Source: Pseudomonadota bacterium (lineage in GTDB: Bacteria > Pseudomonadota > Alphaproteobacteria > Rhizobiales > Beijerinckiaceae). Taken from it: a stretch of DNA of 64,000 nucleotides. The DNA lies in assembly GCA_021777795.1 (NCBI GenBank), contig JAJYDD010000001.1:689-64688 (forward strand), in the 5' to 3' direction. The notes under the pieces are model-generated. The model did not search any database, was not told the DNA's origin, and was given only the letters and a program-made list of their open reading frames with translations. Positions 40,037 to 51,000 of this stretch are shown here, piece after piece. Position numbers and translations under genes: made by a program. Every line of letters starts with the position of its first letter. The first letter of the stretch is position 1.

Positions 40037-41521
40037 ATGACCGACGACCAATCTATTCTTAGCTCCGGGCAAGTGCGTTCGGCCCGCGCGCTTCTACAAT
40101 GGTCGCAAGCCGATTTGGCGAAGGCTGCCGATGTCGCCGTTTCGACGATTGCCGATTTTGAAAAGGGACAGCGCGTTCCGATTGCAAACAACCTGAACGC
40201 CATGCGTGGGGCTTTGGAGGCAGCCGGTGTGCGGCTCACGCCAGGCGGCGCGTCGCTCCTGCAGCAGCTTAGCCTCTTCCTCTTGAGTGAGGGCAACGGG
40301 GCTGAGTTGCAGCTCCATTACGCCGTCGAGGCAGCGGAGGCGGTTTGCGAGTTGCTCTCCGTTTTTGGCAAGGTTGAAGGCGGTCAGGCGTCGATCGACG
40401 CGGTGCAATCGGCGACGGTCGCGCTCAAGCAAAGTTTGGCGTCTCTTGTCGCAAAACACAGCTCCGTTGCTCCCCAGATCCACAAACTGAAGAAGTTCGT
40501 GCACGCCCTGCGCGACGACGAGTATTTCCTTCTGCTTCCCGAGAGGGCTGCATCAACGGCTGAGCAGCTTGCGCGCGAGCGCTTGGTGTATCGCCTGAAC
40601 CATCCCGACGAGCAGGATAATGCCCCCAGCGTGGACGATCTCTTCGGGGCATTGCTCGGGCGCTACGACATGTCGTCGCCGCGAACCGACAGGCCAACTG
40701 TTATCGGGAAAGCGGACCGGGCTCGGTTAAAGTGTCGGTTTTGCGATCGAACCGCTGCTGAGGGCGCAACCTTCAAGAGTGTGGCCCACGCAATTCCGAC
40801 TGCATTGGGAAACGATCATCTGAAAGTCGCGAACGAGTGCGACGACTGCAACAATTATTTCGGGAGAGAAACCGAGCCGTCCCTGGTGGCAATGCTGGAT
40901 ATTCAGCGCGCCTTTCTCGGCATTCAGGGCCGGGGAAAGAATGACGGCCGTCCGCAACTGACGTTCGCAGAAGGCAAAGTCTTTCATGATGGGAAGAAGC
41001 TGAACATCGAATCGAAGGACCTATCGAGAGACGAGTCGACCAAGACGATTTCGGTCCAGCTCGGCAAAGGCGCGCCGATGATCCCCGTCGCGGCATACAA
41101 AGCGCTCGTGAAGATCGTGATTTCTGTGATTGACGCGAAGGAGCTATCGCACCTGAAGAGAACCATCGAGTGGCTGCGCGAGGAGAAGCATCGCGATCAG
41201 GTGCTTCCGAGCGTCGCGGCAACTCTGGTAGATTTTCCGCCCAATCCGTCTGCGCAAATCATCGTCTACCGGCGGAAGGACGAAACCTCGCGATTGCCCC
41301 ACCTCGTCGGTGAGTTTCGATTGGGCTGCTACCTCTATGTTTTCGTTGTTCCATTCTCGGATCGAGACCCCTGGAATCTTGTCGGATTCTTTGATGACGA
41401 TGAGTTTCGCGATACCTTCAAGCATTTCGCGAGCGTTCGGCGCTGGGCGCAGAACAATCTGAACGGACAAGAGAGAGTTTTCCTCTCACCCCGGATCAAT
41501 CTGGTGCCGCAAAAGCCATAA
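40037..41521 (+). CDS. XRE-HTH / HNH endonuclease fusion protein
   Basis: N-terminal QVRSARALLQWSQADLAKAADVAVSTIADFEKG; CRFC...AHAIPTALGN...ECDDCNNYFG zinc-HNH motif. Confidence 0.75.
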   Translation: MTDDQSILSSGQVRSARALLQWSQADLAKAADVAVSTIADFEKGQRVPIANNLNAMRGALEAAGVRLTPGGASLLQQLSLFLLSEGNGAELQLHYAVEAAEAVCELLSVFGKVEGGQASIDAVQSATVALKQSLASLVAKHSSVAPQIHKLKKFVHALRDDEYFLLLPERAASTAEQLARERLVYRLNHPDEQDNAPSVDDLFGALLGRYDMSSPRTDRPTVIGKADRARLKCRFCDRTAAEGATFKSVAHAIPTALGNDHLKVANECDDCNNYFGRETEPSLVAMLDIQRAFLGIQGRGKNDGRPQLTFAEGKVFHDGKKLNIESKDLSRDESTKTISVQLGKGAPMIPVAAYKALVKIVISVIDAKELSHLKRTIEWLREEKHRDQVLPSVAATLVDFPPNPSAQIIVYRRKDETSRLPHLVGEFRLGCYLYVFVVPFSDRDPWNLVGFFDDDEFRDTFKHFASVRRWAQNNLNGQERVFLSPRINLVPQKP

Positions 41522-41577
41522 GCCTCCGCGCCTTTTCTCAAAAGCAGATGTGGTGTCGTCGCGGTGTGGATGCCGAG

Positions 41578-41605
41578 CGGTGGAGCGGCCGCAGCCGCTC
41601 CACCG
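41578..41605. terminator. Hairpin between convergent genes
   Basis: CGGTGGAGCGGC-cgca-GCCGCTCCACCG perfect 12-bp stem. Confidence 0.6.
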
Positions 41606-41613
41606 GTTAATGG

Positions 41614-43755
41614 TCATTCGGCAGCGATGAGGGCTTCGTCGTTTTCCTCACCCGATGCATCGTCTTCATCACCGTCGTCGGACAGGAAGGCGGGCAGAGC
41701 CTCGTCGCCAGCATCCTGATCGGCATGATCTGCGGCCGTTTCGATGCCGGTGTCGGCCGAGCGCAGCGGCTCGGGCAGCCAGCCGGTGTCGGCCAGCAGG
41801 CGTTCTGCCTCCTTGGCCATGTCGCCTTTCTTCATGTGATCGATGAGCTGCGCGGCCCGTTCACCGGCGCCCTCGCGGACGGCTTCAAGGATGCGGGTCT
41901 TGGTGACCCGGCCGAGATAGTTGCCAACCGTCGGCCGCCATCCGGCCTGCACCATATCGAGGCCGGTCGCCCGCGCCAGGCGGTCCGCTTGCGAGATTCG
42001 GGTCTTCAGCCCGTGCTCGCTGACACCTGAACCGCTGCAAGGATTGGGCCGCTCGTAGAGCGCGTTGACGCCGTAGCTGACGCAATGCGCTAGCAGATCC
42101 GTGCGGCTGTGGTCGTCGAGCGCGAGGAGCCAATCCCATAGGGCTTCATCGTCGGCGGGAACATGCTCACCCCAGCGGTCATGCCGATCGGTAACGGATT
42201 GCGCCGAGGGGCTATCTTTCAAGTCATCGGCCTGGGCTGGAAAGTGAATCTGCCGGACATTGGCGTCCAACGCGCCCGTCGCCGGGCGGTGCAGGAAGGT
42301 GTCCGACACCAGCTTGTGCAGCAGCGCCGTCATGGCGATGTGCGGATGGCTGGCCAAAGCGTCGCGCAGGGCGAGCGTGCGATGCGCCGTCAGTTCGGTG
42401 ACGAGGCGTTCGGGCAGCGGCTTGATGCCGTCTTCTTCGTCATCCTCCACGGCGGATGCGGGTTCGCCGCCGATGGTGACGACAGCGCGGGTGATGGCGG
42501 GCGCTCCCTGCGCGCCCATATCGTGCGTGACGATCTCTGGTGCATCCTCGCCTTCCGGTGCGAGCGGCCGCTCGTCCTCGGGGCGGACATAGCCGCGATC
42601 GACGATCAGTTTGCCGCTGGCGTCGAGGGTGACGAAGACGCCGGCGATGGCGATCTCGGTCTGATCGTACTGAACGGGTCGGCTATCGAGTTCTTCCATC
42701 GCCGCTTCGATTTCGCCAAGTCGTTGATCGACGTCATCCGGTAATTCGTCGGCGCCTTCATAGGCCTCGGACAGGCGGTTGAATTCTGCCTGCAAGGCGT
42801 CGCGCGTCGCCAGTTCCGTCTCGGTCATGTCGAGCGGCGTGCCGGAAATCTCCCGGAGGCCGTGGGTGACGCCGTAGGGAATGCTGATGGCGGCCTCGAC
42901 CCATTTCCAGCCTTCGGCCGCAATTTCGTCGGCGAGGGCCTTCAGCTTCTCTGCGACCAGGCGATCGAGCAGGCTGACATCCTGAAGCCATCCGCCGTCG
43001 TCGGACTGGAACAGGTCGCGCAGCACGGCGCCGCCAGCGGCTTCATAGGCGTCGACGCCGACGAACACAGCGCGCTTGTCGGAGGCGCGCACGGTGGTCT
43101 CGGTCAGCATGCGCCGGATCTGCCATGGCTCCTTCTGCCAACCAGCACTGATCGCGTCCCAGACCTGCTCTTGGCGGGCGTGATCCGATGAGACGGTGAA
43201 GGCCATCAGCATTTCGAGCGTCATGCCGTCGTCGGCGTAGAGGTCGAGGAGCTTGGGCGAAACCGCCACGAGGCGCAGGCGCTGTTTCACCACGTTGACG
43301 CCGACAAAGAAGGCGGCGGCGATGGCTTCCTCGGTCATGCCCTTGTCCCGCATGGCCTTAAACGCGCGGAACTGATCGAGCGGATGCAAGGGCGCACGCT
43401 CGATGTTCTCGACGAGCGAGATTTCGTCGATCAGGACGCCGCTCGCCGGGTCGCCGACGACGCAGGGGACGGGCGCGGTCTTGGCGAGGCGCTTCTGCTT
43501 GGCCAACAGTTCGAGCGCGCGATAGCGGCGACCGCCGGCGGGCACTTCGAACATGCCGGTTTCCGCGCCCTCGGTGTCCAGCACGGGCCGGACATGCAGC
43601 GATTGGATGAGGCCGCGCCGGGCGATGGACTCGGCGAGTTCCTCGACCGAGACGCCAGCCTTGACGCGCCGGACATTGGCTTGGGCGAGCACCAGCTTGT
43701 TGAAGGGGATGTCGCGCGATGACGACAGGGTGATCTTTTGGGTGGCGGTGGCCAT
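41614..43755 (-). CDS. ParB/RepB/Spo0J N-terminal domain protein
   Basis: IPFNKL...NVR, AGGRRYRAL, ENIERAPLHPLDQF, GWLPEPLR. Confidence 0.88.
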   Translation of the reverse strand: MATATQKITLSSSRDIPFNKLVLAQANVRRVKAGVSVEELAESIARRGLIQSLHVRPVLDTEGAETGMFEVPAGGRRYRALELLAKQKRLAKTAPVPCVVGDPASGVLIDEISLVENIERAPLHPLDQFRAFKAMRDKGMTEEAIAAAFFVGVNVVKQRLRLVAVSPKLLDLYADDGMTLEMLMAFTVSSDHARQEQVWDAISAGWQKEPWQIRRMLTETTVRASDKRAVFVGVDAYEAAGGAVLRDLFQSDDGGWLQDVSLLDRLVAEKLKALADEIAAEGWKWVEAAISIPYGVTHGLREISGTPLDMTETELATRDALQAEFNRLSEAYEGADELPDDVDQRLGEIEAAMEELDSRPVQYDQTEIAIAGVFVTLDASGKLIVDRGYVRPEDERPLAPEGEDAPEIVTHDMGAQGAPAITRAVVTIGGEPASAVEDDEEDGIKPLPERLVTELTAHRTLALRDALASHPHIAMTALLHKLVSDTFLHRPATGALDANVRQIHFPAQADDLKDSPSAQSVTDRHDRWGEHVPADDEALWDWLLALDDHSRTDLLAHCVSYGVNALYERPNPCSGSGVSEHGLKTRISQADRLARATGLDMVQAGWRPTVGNYLGRVTKTRILEAVREGAGERAAQLIDHMKKGDMAKEAERLLADTGWLPEPLRSADTGIETAADHADQDAGDEALPAFLSDDGDEDDASGEENDEALIAAE

Positions 43756-43930
43756 GGTTTTTACTCCGCGACGGGCGGTCGGGAGACTCTCTCTCGACCT
43801 TCAACCCGTCACGAAGCGAAGCGCCGCCCTCTTCCTCTGAAGGGGCAGCGCCTCGTTGATCGGGAAAACGGAAAGGCAAGAAAGCGCAAAGCCGGAAACA
43901 CGCATATCCGCGTTTCCGGCTTCACGGAAT

Positions 43931-45136
43931 TCAGGCGGCGCGATCAAGGAGTTTTTTCGCCTTGGCCTCCATGTCGAGGCGGGCGTCCTGGTGGGGCTTG
44001 TCGCGGGCGACCGCGGTGATGCCCTGCACGAAATCGAAGATCGATTGCGGCGGCCGGCCTTCCTCGGCCAGCACTGTCTCGATGATCTTGCCGGTCTCGG
44101 CCTTCGAGAAGCCGCGCTTGCGCAGGAAGTCGCTGCGATCCTCGTCGGTGCGGGCGACGATCCGCTCGCGCGCCGCCTTGATGCCGTTGATGAAGGGTTG
44201 GGGCGAGGAATTGGCGAAATTGAGCAGCGCGGGCGCCGCCTCGTGGGCAAAGCGCGAGGCGGCGTATTTGCTGTGCCGAATGGTGATTTCCTCAAAATCC
44301 TCGACACCCCAGAGGTTGCGGTTTTGGCACACGGCGCGCAGGTAAAAGCTCGCCATGCCCAGCGTTTTGGCGCCCACCTCGCTGTTCCAGCAATAGAAGC
44401 CCCGGAAATAGAGGTCAGGCGAGCCGTCGGGGAGCCGTCCGGCCTCAATGGGGTTGAGATCGTCGACCAGAAAGAGGAAGACGTCGCGGTCAGACGCATA
44501 GAGCGTGGTGGTGTCCCTGGTGATGTCGACGCGCGGATTGTAGATGCCGGTCGACCAGTCGAGCACACCGGGCACCTTCCAGCGGGTATCGCCCGTGCCA
44601 TTGCCGGCGATGCGCTGCACGGCTTCCACGAGTTCGTGGTCATAGATGCGGCCATAATCAGGGCCGGTAACGGCGCGCAGCTCGATGCGGCCGCCGGATC
44701 GACCGTCATCGGTTTCCAGGGTCTTGATCTGCTCGGCGCGATTCGAGGTCAGACCATATTGCAGATTGATCGCGGCCAGCGGCGCCGGCAACTGACGCAG
44801 ATATGCGGCAGGCGCGCCGACCTGGGACGCCAACTGGCCGAAGCTCCAATGGGTCGGCGCCACGGGCGCCTCGGCGCCGGGCAGGATCAGGGCAAGGCGT
44901 TCAGGATCGTTCCGGTTCGCCTCGACATGAATGAGGGCGGTTTCGACGATGCGGGTCCGGCTTCGCTCGGATCGGCCGCGCACGGCGCTGGCCAGCGCGC
45001 CGAGGGAGAGGAACCTCTCGTCATCGGGCCGCGAGAACCATTCGGACGACACCCGGCCGATGCGTTCGCCGCGCGTGACATCCACCTTATAGCCGCCGCT
45101 GAGGTCGCGGCGGGCGTCGAGAACCTGCATGTTCAT
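43931..45136 (-). CDS. DUF932 family protein
   Basis: VSSEWFSRPDDERF, RAVTGPDYGRI, WNSEVG, RAVCQN; backbone position upstream of parB. Confidence 0.8.
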   Translation of the reverse strand: MNMQVLDARRDLSGGYKVDVTRGERIGRVSSEWFSRPDDERFLSLGALASAVRGRSERSRTRIVETALIHVEANRNDPERLALILPGAEAPVAPTHWSFGQLASQVGAPAAYLRQLPAPLAAINLQYGLTSNRAEQIKTLETDDGRSGGRIELRAVTGPDYGRIYDHELVEAVQRIAGNGTGDTRWKVPGVLDWSTGIYNPRVDITRDTTTLYASDRDVFLFLVDDLNPIEAGRLPDGSPDLYFRGFYCWNSEVGAKTLGMASFYLRAVCQNRNLWGVEDFEEITIRHSKYAASRFAHEAAPALLNFANSSPQPFINGIKAARERIVARTDEDRSDFLRKRGFSKAETGKIIETVLAEEGRPPQSIFDFVQGITAVARDKPHQDARLDMEAKAKKLLDRAA

Positions 45137-45436
45137 GGGAAAACTCCATGACGGGCGCCGAAAGCCTTTCTCTCGACACTCCACCCGTCACGGAAATCCG
45201 CTCCGCACTCTCACTCTCTCAGGGGGCGTTGCGGGGGGACTCCCCCGCAGAAGGGGTCGGCCGAGACTCGGGCTCGGCCGCAGGGGAAAGCTTTCCCCTT
45301 TCGACGCGACAAACTGCCAATTCGCAGACTCCGGAATTTCACTCGGCTGAAATGGAAGTGAGTATTGAGAACAAGTCAGGTGATCTCTTGAAATCGATTG
45401 ACAGACTGCCGAGCTATCAAAGCCGATTCATTAAAC

Positions 45437-46204
45437 TTAGCTGGCAGTATGGATAACCTTCGTCTCGATCAATGCATGCAAATGCGCGCGAAGATCATTA
45501 GGGATATGGCCGCCGCATACCAAAACTCCTGCTTCCATATTCTTTTCGAGAGCGTGCCCGGTGAGATTGGCGCTCGTCAAGAATGCGATTGCATCGTCGG
45601 CGACTGCCACTTTCGCGTGAACCCGACCATTGGTGAACGGATGTGGTCGATCGGTCCAAGCATATAATTTGGCGGCAGGAACGGCCTTCCTCATCGTAGC
45701 TACCGGATCGACGAGCAAGCTGCCTCCCTGCGTAACAGAAGCTTCAACGAGAATTCGCGTATCCACTCCGCGATCGATGGCCGCATTGATCGCAGCGATA
45801 ATCGACGGAACGTCATATGCGACGAAGCTGACGATGAAGAGTTCTTTTGTCGCGCGTTGGATCACGTCCAACAGCACCTGCTCTGTCCGACGGGGCGCGA
45901 TGAAGGGCGTCATCGGGCCGGTCCAGACCAATTCCACCGTGCAATCCCGCTGCGCTCGTTCCCGGAAATGCGCCGCACCAATCAACATCCCTGCGACGAC
46001 GTCACCAGGCAATGTAGATTTCCGCCAAGCCGAGAGCATTGATCCCAAAGCTGTCCGAGCCGCTGGTGTTCCCACGATTTGGTGGAATTCTTGTTCCTGC
46101 GCGGGCAGATTAGCGCCTCGCAGGCGCGAGGCGATCGCTTCGATCTTTGACGGCGGCAGCAGAGCGACGAGTTCCGAGACCGAATCTACAAGCGGTCCCA
46201 TCAT
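45437..46204 (-). CDS. drmC: DISARM phospholipase D-like nuclease DrmC
   Basis: ELVWTGP, HAKVAVAD (HKD), TSANLT...NMEAG; overlaps the drmB stop. Confidence 0.9.
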   Translation of the reverse strand: MMGPLVDSVSELVALLPPSKIEAIASRLRGANLPAQEQEFHQIVGTPAARTALGSMLSAWRKSTLPGDVVAGMLIGAAHFRERAQRDCTVELVWTGPMTPFIAPRRTEQVLLDVIQRATKELFIVSFVAYDVPSIIAAINAAIDRGVDTRILVEASVTQGGSLLVDPVATMRKAVPAAKLYAWTDRPHPFTNGRVHAKVAVADDAIAFLTSANLTGHALEKNMEAGVLVCGGHIPNDLRAHLHALIETKVIHTAS

Positions 46205-48042
46205 GAACTCCGAAAAAATGCGGCGCCCGGATTTTCGAGCGTGGGCACCACCAACGCCCGGTCCAAATGCCGATTTCCACGTTCGCACGAGGTTTCCGAT
46301 ACGAAGGAGCAAGCATGGCAAGCCGCTCCATGCAGTGATTGGTCCTTACTGGGATCGTGTTCGGAGCATAGGGGATCGGAGGCGCAGACATGCGCTCGAT
46401 CCAGCGCCTGGCGAAGTAGCCTTCCAAGATTTTCGGGCTTGCCCAATTCGACCAGCCCCCCGAGTGTTCCATCGGAATCGGCTGCCGCCGTGTAGATCAG
46501 GAAGCCAGCCTGGTCCTTCGCTCCATCGACCTCCGCGTATATTCGTTCTCGAATGCTGGCGGCATTGTAGCCACATTCGAGGGCCAACTCCCTGACCAGC
46601 ATGTGCGAAAGGGTATGGAGCATGACATAGCGCACTCCGGGATAGCCCTCTCGCGGATCGAGATTCCGCTTTTGGCGCCACCCGCGATGGCCAACGCGCA
46701 AGCGCGCATCGACCTCCTTGACCGCATCCTCGTCGGCCCAGGCTTTCAGAGCTTCGGCGTCGAAGCGGATGAAGATGCCTTCGCCGTGAACCTGCGTCGC
46801 GGGCACCCAATCGGGAGCGGAGCGCCCCAACGCAGCGCGAGGCGCCGCATCGTCACCCGATCCTTCGTCCGGGGATTCGACGCGAGTGAACCCGAGCAAG
46901 GCGTTCACCTCGCGCAGCCGCTCAAGCAGCAGGACGCGCGTGATCGCGGCTTCGAAGCCTTTCGGAATCCCGACCTTCTTGCTCATGAAATGCGGGTAGT
47001 CGGTCGGCGGATCGTCGGCCGTCAGAACCTGCCACTCCGGCTCTTTGAGGTCGCTCTGGCCGATGTCCGCGCCTCCGTTCCGGTGGGCTTCGATGGCGGC
47101 CCAAATCTGCTCGCTGGTGAACTGATCGATGCCGGGGAGCTGAGCCGTTTTCTTCAGCGTCCTGACCACGAAACCGACCTCATCGGCCGAGGAAACGTCC
47201 TCGAAGAAGGTCCAGCCGTCGCCGACGAGTTGCGCCAAGGGACTGCCCGTTTGAGGAATGGCGAGGACCGACAACGTGACCGGAAACCAGCCGTTAGTCG
47301 CGCCGAGCAGGATCGCCCGAGGATATTCGGGGCAATCATCGTCGAAACGATCTATGTGGGGATGCCGTCCACGGCATGCGGGAAGGTTGTCTCTGCCGGC
47401 CTGACCAAAGGCTTGGGCCATGTTCTTCGATGCGCCGCAAGCATCGCATTTGACCCAGAGATTCTCTGTTTGCAGTGATGCGCCGCTCTCGAAGAACCGC
47501 AGCGTCCCACGGCAATCGGCCGGACCGCCGTGGACGAACCAATGCCACGAGAAATCGTCGAGGTGCCCTGCGCGGCAAGCCATCAGGAAACGAGCCGGCA
47601 CAGCATCCGCGTCACGGGCTTTCTGATCGTTATTCGATCCGCGACATCCCTCATGGACGAAGCGCGTCAATTCCGGCCGGTAGCGATTTTCTTTGAGCTT
47701 GAACAACCCGGCGTCAAACGGCGACAGCAGGCCACATTTCACGCAACGCAGCCATCGGGGAAACGGCTTCACCGGAACGCCGATCAGTGCCGCAGGCGAG
47801 AACGGATCGACGACATCGCGGTCGCCGAGTGGCGGCATACGTAGCGATTCCACTTGGGGGCCGAGAACGCTTCGGACGTTCGCCAGCAGTCGCGCTTCCT
47901 GGATGGGCTGGCATCTATCCTTTTCCCAACGGTCGATCCCCATGGTGACGACTGAGAGATTGGGCAGGTCGATCAGCGCGCCGGGGCCGTAAGTCCAAAG
48001 AAGCTGGCTCGGGCGGATTTCTCCAACGGGCGTTTTGCTCAT
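46201..48042 (-). CDS. drmB: DISARM DUF1998 protein DrmB
   Basis: GEIRPSQLLWTYGPG, HTLSHML, DGTLGGL, CASDPLC...ACHAC...SC. Confidence 0.92.
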   Translation of the reverse strand: MSKTPVGEIRPSQLLWTYGPGALIDLPNLSVVTMGIDRWEKDRCQPIQEARLLANVRSVLGPQVESLRMPPLGDRDVVDPFSPAALIGVPVKPFPRWLRCVKCGLLSPFDAGLFKLKENRYRPELTRFVHEGCRGSNNDQKARDADAVPARFLMACRAGHLDDFSWHWFVHGGPADCRGTLRFFESGASLQTENLWVKCDACGASKNMAQAFGQAGRDNLPACRGRHPHIDRFDDDCPEYPRAILLGATNGWFPVTLSVLAIPQTGSPLAQLVGDGWTFFEDVSSADEVGFVVRTLKKTAQLPGIDQFTSEQIWAAIEAHRNGGADIGQSDLKEPEWQVLTADDPPTDYPHFMSKKVGIPKGFEAAITRVLLLERLREVNALLGFTRVESPDEGSGDDAAPRAALGRSAPDWVPATQVHGEGIFIRFDAEALKAWADEDAVKEVDARLRVGHRGWRQKRNLDPREGYPGVRYVMLHTLSHMLVRELALECGYNAASIRERIYAEVDGAKDQAGFLIYTAAADSDGTLGGLVELGKPENLGRLLRQALDRAHVCASDPLCSEHDPSKDQSLHGAACHACSFVSETSCERGNRHLDRALVVPTLENPGAAFFRSS

Positions 48043-51000
48043 GCGTCATCCCCATCGGCCGGAGCCACACGAGCTCGCCAAGTCGGATCATTCGTCGAAC
48101 GCGAGTCTTCCATCACCAATCTCACGCCGGGCTCAACCTCCCGCATCGACATTGGGACGGTCCAATCCGTCCAGGGCTTCACGCCCGGAGTTTCCAGAAG
48201 GGGATATGCCGTCGGGCCGGCCCCGTATTTCTGATAGACGAGCGTGCGACCTCCGACGCCGGCCTCCTTCGCCCAATCGTCGGCGCGATGCTTCAATTCT
48301 TGTTCGGTCAGCGCCTTCTTCGCCGAGTCTTCCGTGACTTCCCACGTTCGTTCGGACACGACGCCGATCGTCGTCGTCATCTCCGGCCGGCTCGGGCTGT
48401 TCATCGCGCCCGCACCCGTATTCGGCGCGAAAGGGTCGTAGCTGTTCCGCATGATCGACAGCATCGCGCCCGTGAGGCCGCGATCCAGCGCCCGCGGAGA
48501 GAATGGTGTCACGGATTGAGCCTCGACATGCTGATAGAAGGTCGCGTGGTAGTGCTCGAACGTCTCGTAATGGGAGAGGTCGCGTGGGCGTGCCCAGGTG
48601 AGCACGGTGGCAACCAAGCCAGGCGGCGAGCGCCCAACGCGGCTGGTCGCTTGGATATACTCTGCCGTTCCTTTAGGCTGGCCATTGACGACCATCACGC
48701 CGAGCCGGTTCACGTCAACACCGACCGACAGCATGTTGGTGGCCAGAACGACGTCGATCGGACGCGGATCGCCCGGAGCCCGGTTCTCGACCCATTCGCC
48801 CGTCGTGGGATCAAGCGTTCCATTGAATGGGATTTCGAGCTGATCGAGATAGCGCGGGATGTCTTGGCTGGAGACGCGGGAGGTGAGTTCCCGGACGTCA
48901 TCGACGCGACGTTGCGACAGCCCCGGACGATCGACCAAACTCATGTTCACGCGGAAGGAGCGCGTCTGTACGTCGTCCTCGGCGAGACGCTTCATCCCGC
49001 CCAACTCGCGAAGCGAATTGAAATAGCCGACGAGCGTCATGTAGGGGTCGGCGACCGGGCCGAAGCGATCGAACAGGGCTTGAGCGGCGGTGAGAAAGGC
49101 TGTGTAGGTTCGGATCAGAACGGCAGGCCTGGAACTGCCGGGCGCACATATTCCCATGTAGCGGCGTCCGGGCTTTTCATCGATTGGGCGCTGAACTGAA
49201 AAGAAGTTGTCTTCGACATCGAGACCGGTGGGTGGAAAGACCGAGATCCGCCGCATGAAAACATTGCGCACCTGATCTTCGGCGCGCCGAACGGTAGCGG
49301 TAGATGCCACGACCTTCGGTCGCACCTTCACGTCGTCGAGTAGCCAGGAACTCAATTCGTCGACGGCGCTCTCGTAAAGGCCGACCATGGTGCCAAGTGG
49401 CCCGCTGATAAGGTGAAACTCGTCCTGGATGATCAGATCGGGAGGCCGGACGGCGGCGCGCACCGGCTTCACCCTCGCAGCGGGATGAGCGCTACGCGCA
49501 CGATGCCCGGTGCCGCAATCGTGCCCCGGCCAGAGCAAACCGTGACGCTCGCACTCTTCATTGATCCGACCGAAAAGGGTTCGCACTTCCGGTCGCCACG
49601 CCATCATCGCGAACTTGTCGACGGTGGCGATCATCATGGTCGGCGGACGATGATAGATTTCCTCGTCTACCACTTTCACTGGCAGGCCGCGATGCGGGCG
49701 GCCGCTGGAGCCGGCTCGCGAAAACTCGCAGCCGCCGAGTTTGTCGCTGCAATGGATGAGGGTTCGGCCGGCGATCCGATCGACCTCGATGTCGCGGCCC
49801 GCAGATATTTCGGAACCGCACCAAGGGCAGCTGGTCAGTTGCGCCGGCGAAGCAATGCCAGACCTGTTTCGATCGCCGTTCCGCAGCGCCTCGATCGCTT
49901 GGTGGGCATCATCGGTTCGGCCCGGTGTGACCCGATTGCCGACCCACAGCCCCAGCGAGAACGGCTCCTTGCCCCAGAGCTTTTCGTCGGCAAGGCGGAT
50001 CACCTCCATCGCGCACAAGAGAGCCGCGGCGCGCTGGAACTGTTGCAGCGTCAGCAGGCGCAGCGTGTATCGCATGATGACGGCCAGGCCGCGAGACGCA
50101 TTGAGGCCGCCGAGATCGTCCTTCAAGCGGCGCATCGCCATGGCGAAGGCCGCCACGCCCAGATAGGCTTCGGTTTTACCGCCGCCCGTCGGGAACCAGA
50201 GGAGATCGGCGAAAGCTTCCGCAGGCTTCGTCCGATCGGGATGCGCCGGATTAGCAAGGGACGGCACCGACAACAGAAGGAAGGCCAACTGGAACGGGCG
50301 CCATGACCGATTCTTCGGGATGTCGAGCTGCGCGACGTCGGCCGTCTCGCCGCGCCTGCGTTTGAGGGCATAGAGGCTCCGCACACGCTGGAGCGCCATC
50401 GACTCGTTAGCGAAGCGAAACGCTGAGAGCGCTGCGCCGTCGGAGAAGAGCGTGTCCATTCCCTCGCGCAGACGGCGCAGGGTTTCTTCACAGCGGGCGA
50501 TCACGTCCTGTCCCGGATCGTCGAAGCCGGTAATCTCGGCTTTCAACCGCGTTCTCTGTTCCCCGATCCAGACGGCATAGTCATCGACCAGGCACGACAG
50601 CGCCTCAAGCAACTGCTGGGGCTCCATCTTCGCGAGACGGCCCATGTCCAGCCACCCCTCGTCCACCATCCGGCGCATAGCCGGGCGGTCGTCGGGGTCG
50701 AGGCCCGGTGTTTCTGTGACGGCGACCTCATAGCGCGGGATGATTTCCGTGCGGAGATGTGAAGCCTTCGCTGATTCTCCCGGAGTCGTGTCGGCGTGAA
50801 CCGAGACGCCGTGGCCGACGGCGAACTCCAGCCGGTCACGATAGATCAGGGCAAGGCGATCGCGTTCCGGGTCATCGACGACGATTTCGTTGGAAGGGCG
50901 CCGCCTGAAGATCGACGGATCTGCGGCGTCTTCCGACGCGGACACCGAGATTTCCGGCTGGAACAGCCAGGCGCGATCCTTGTTGTCCTCGGGCTCCAGT

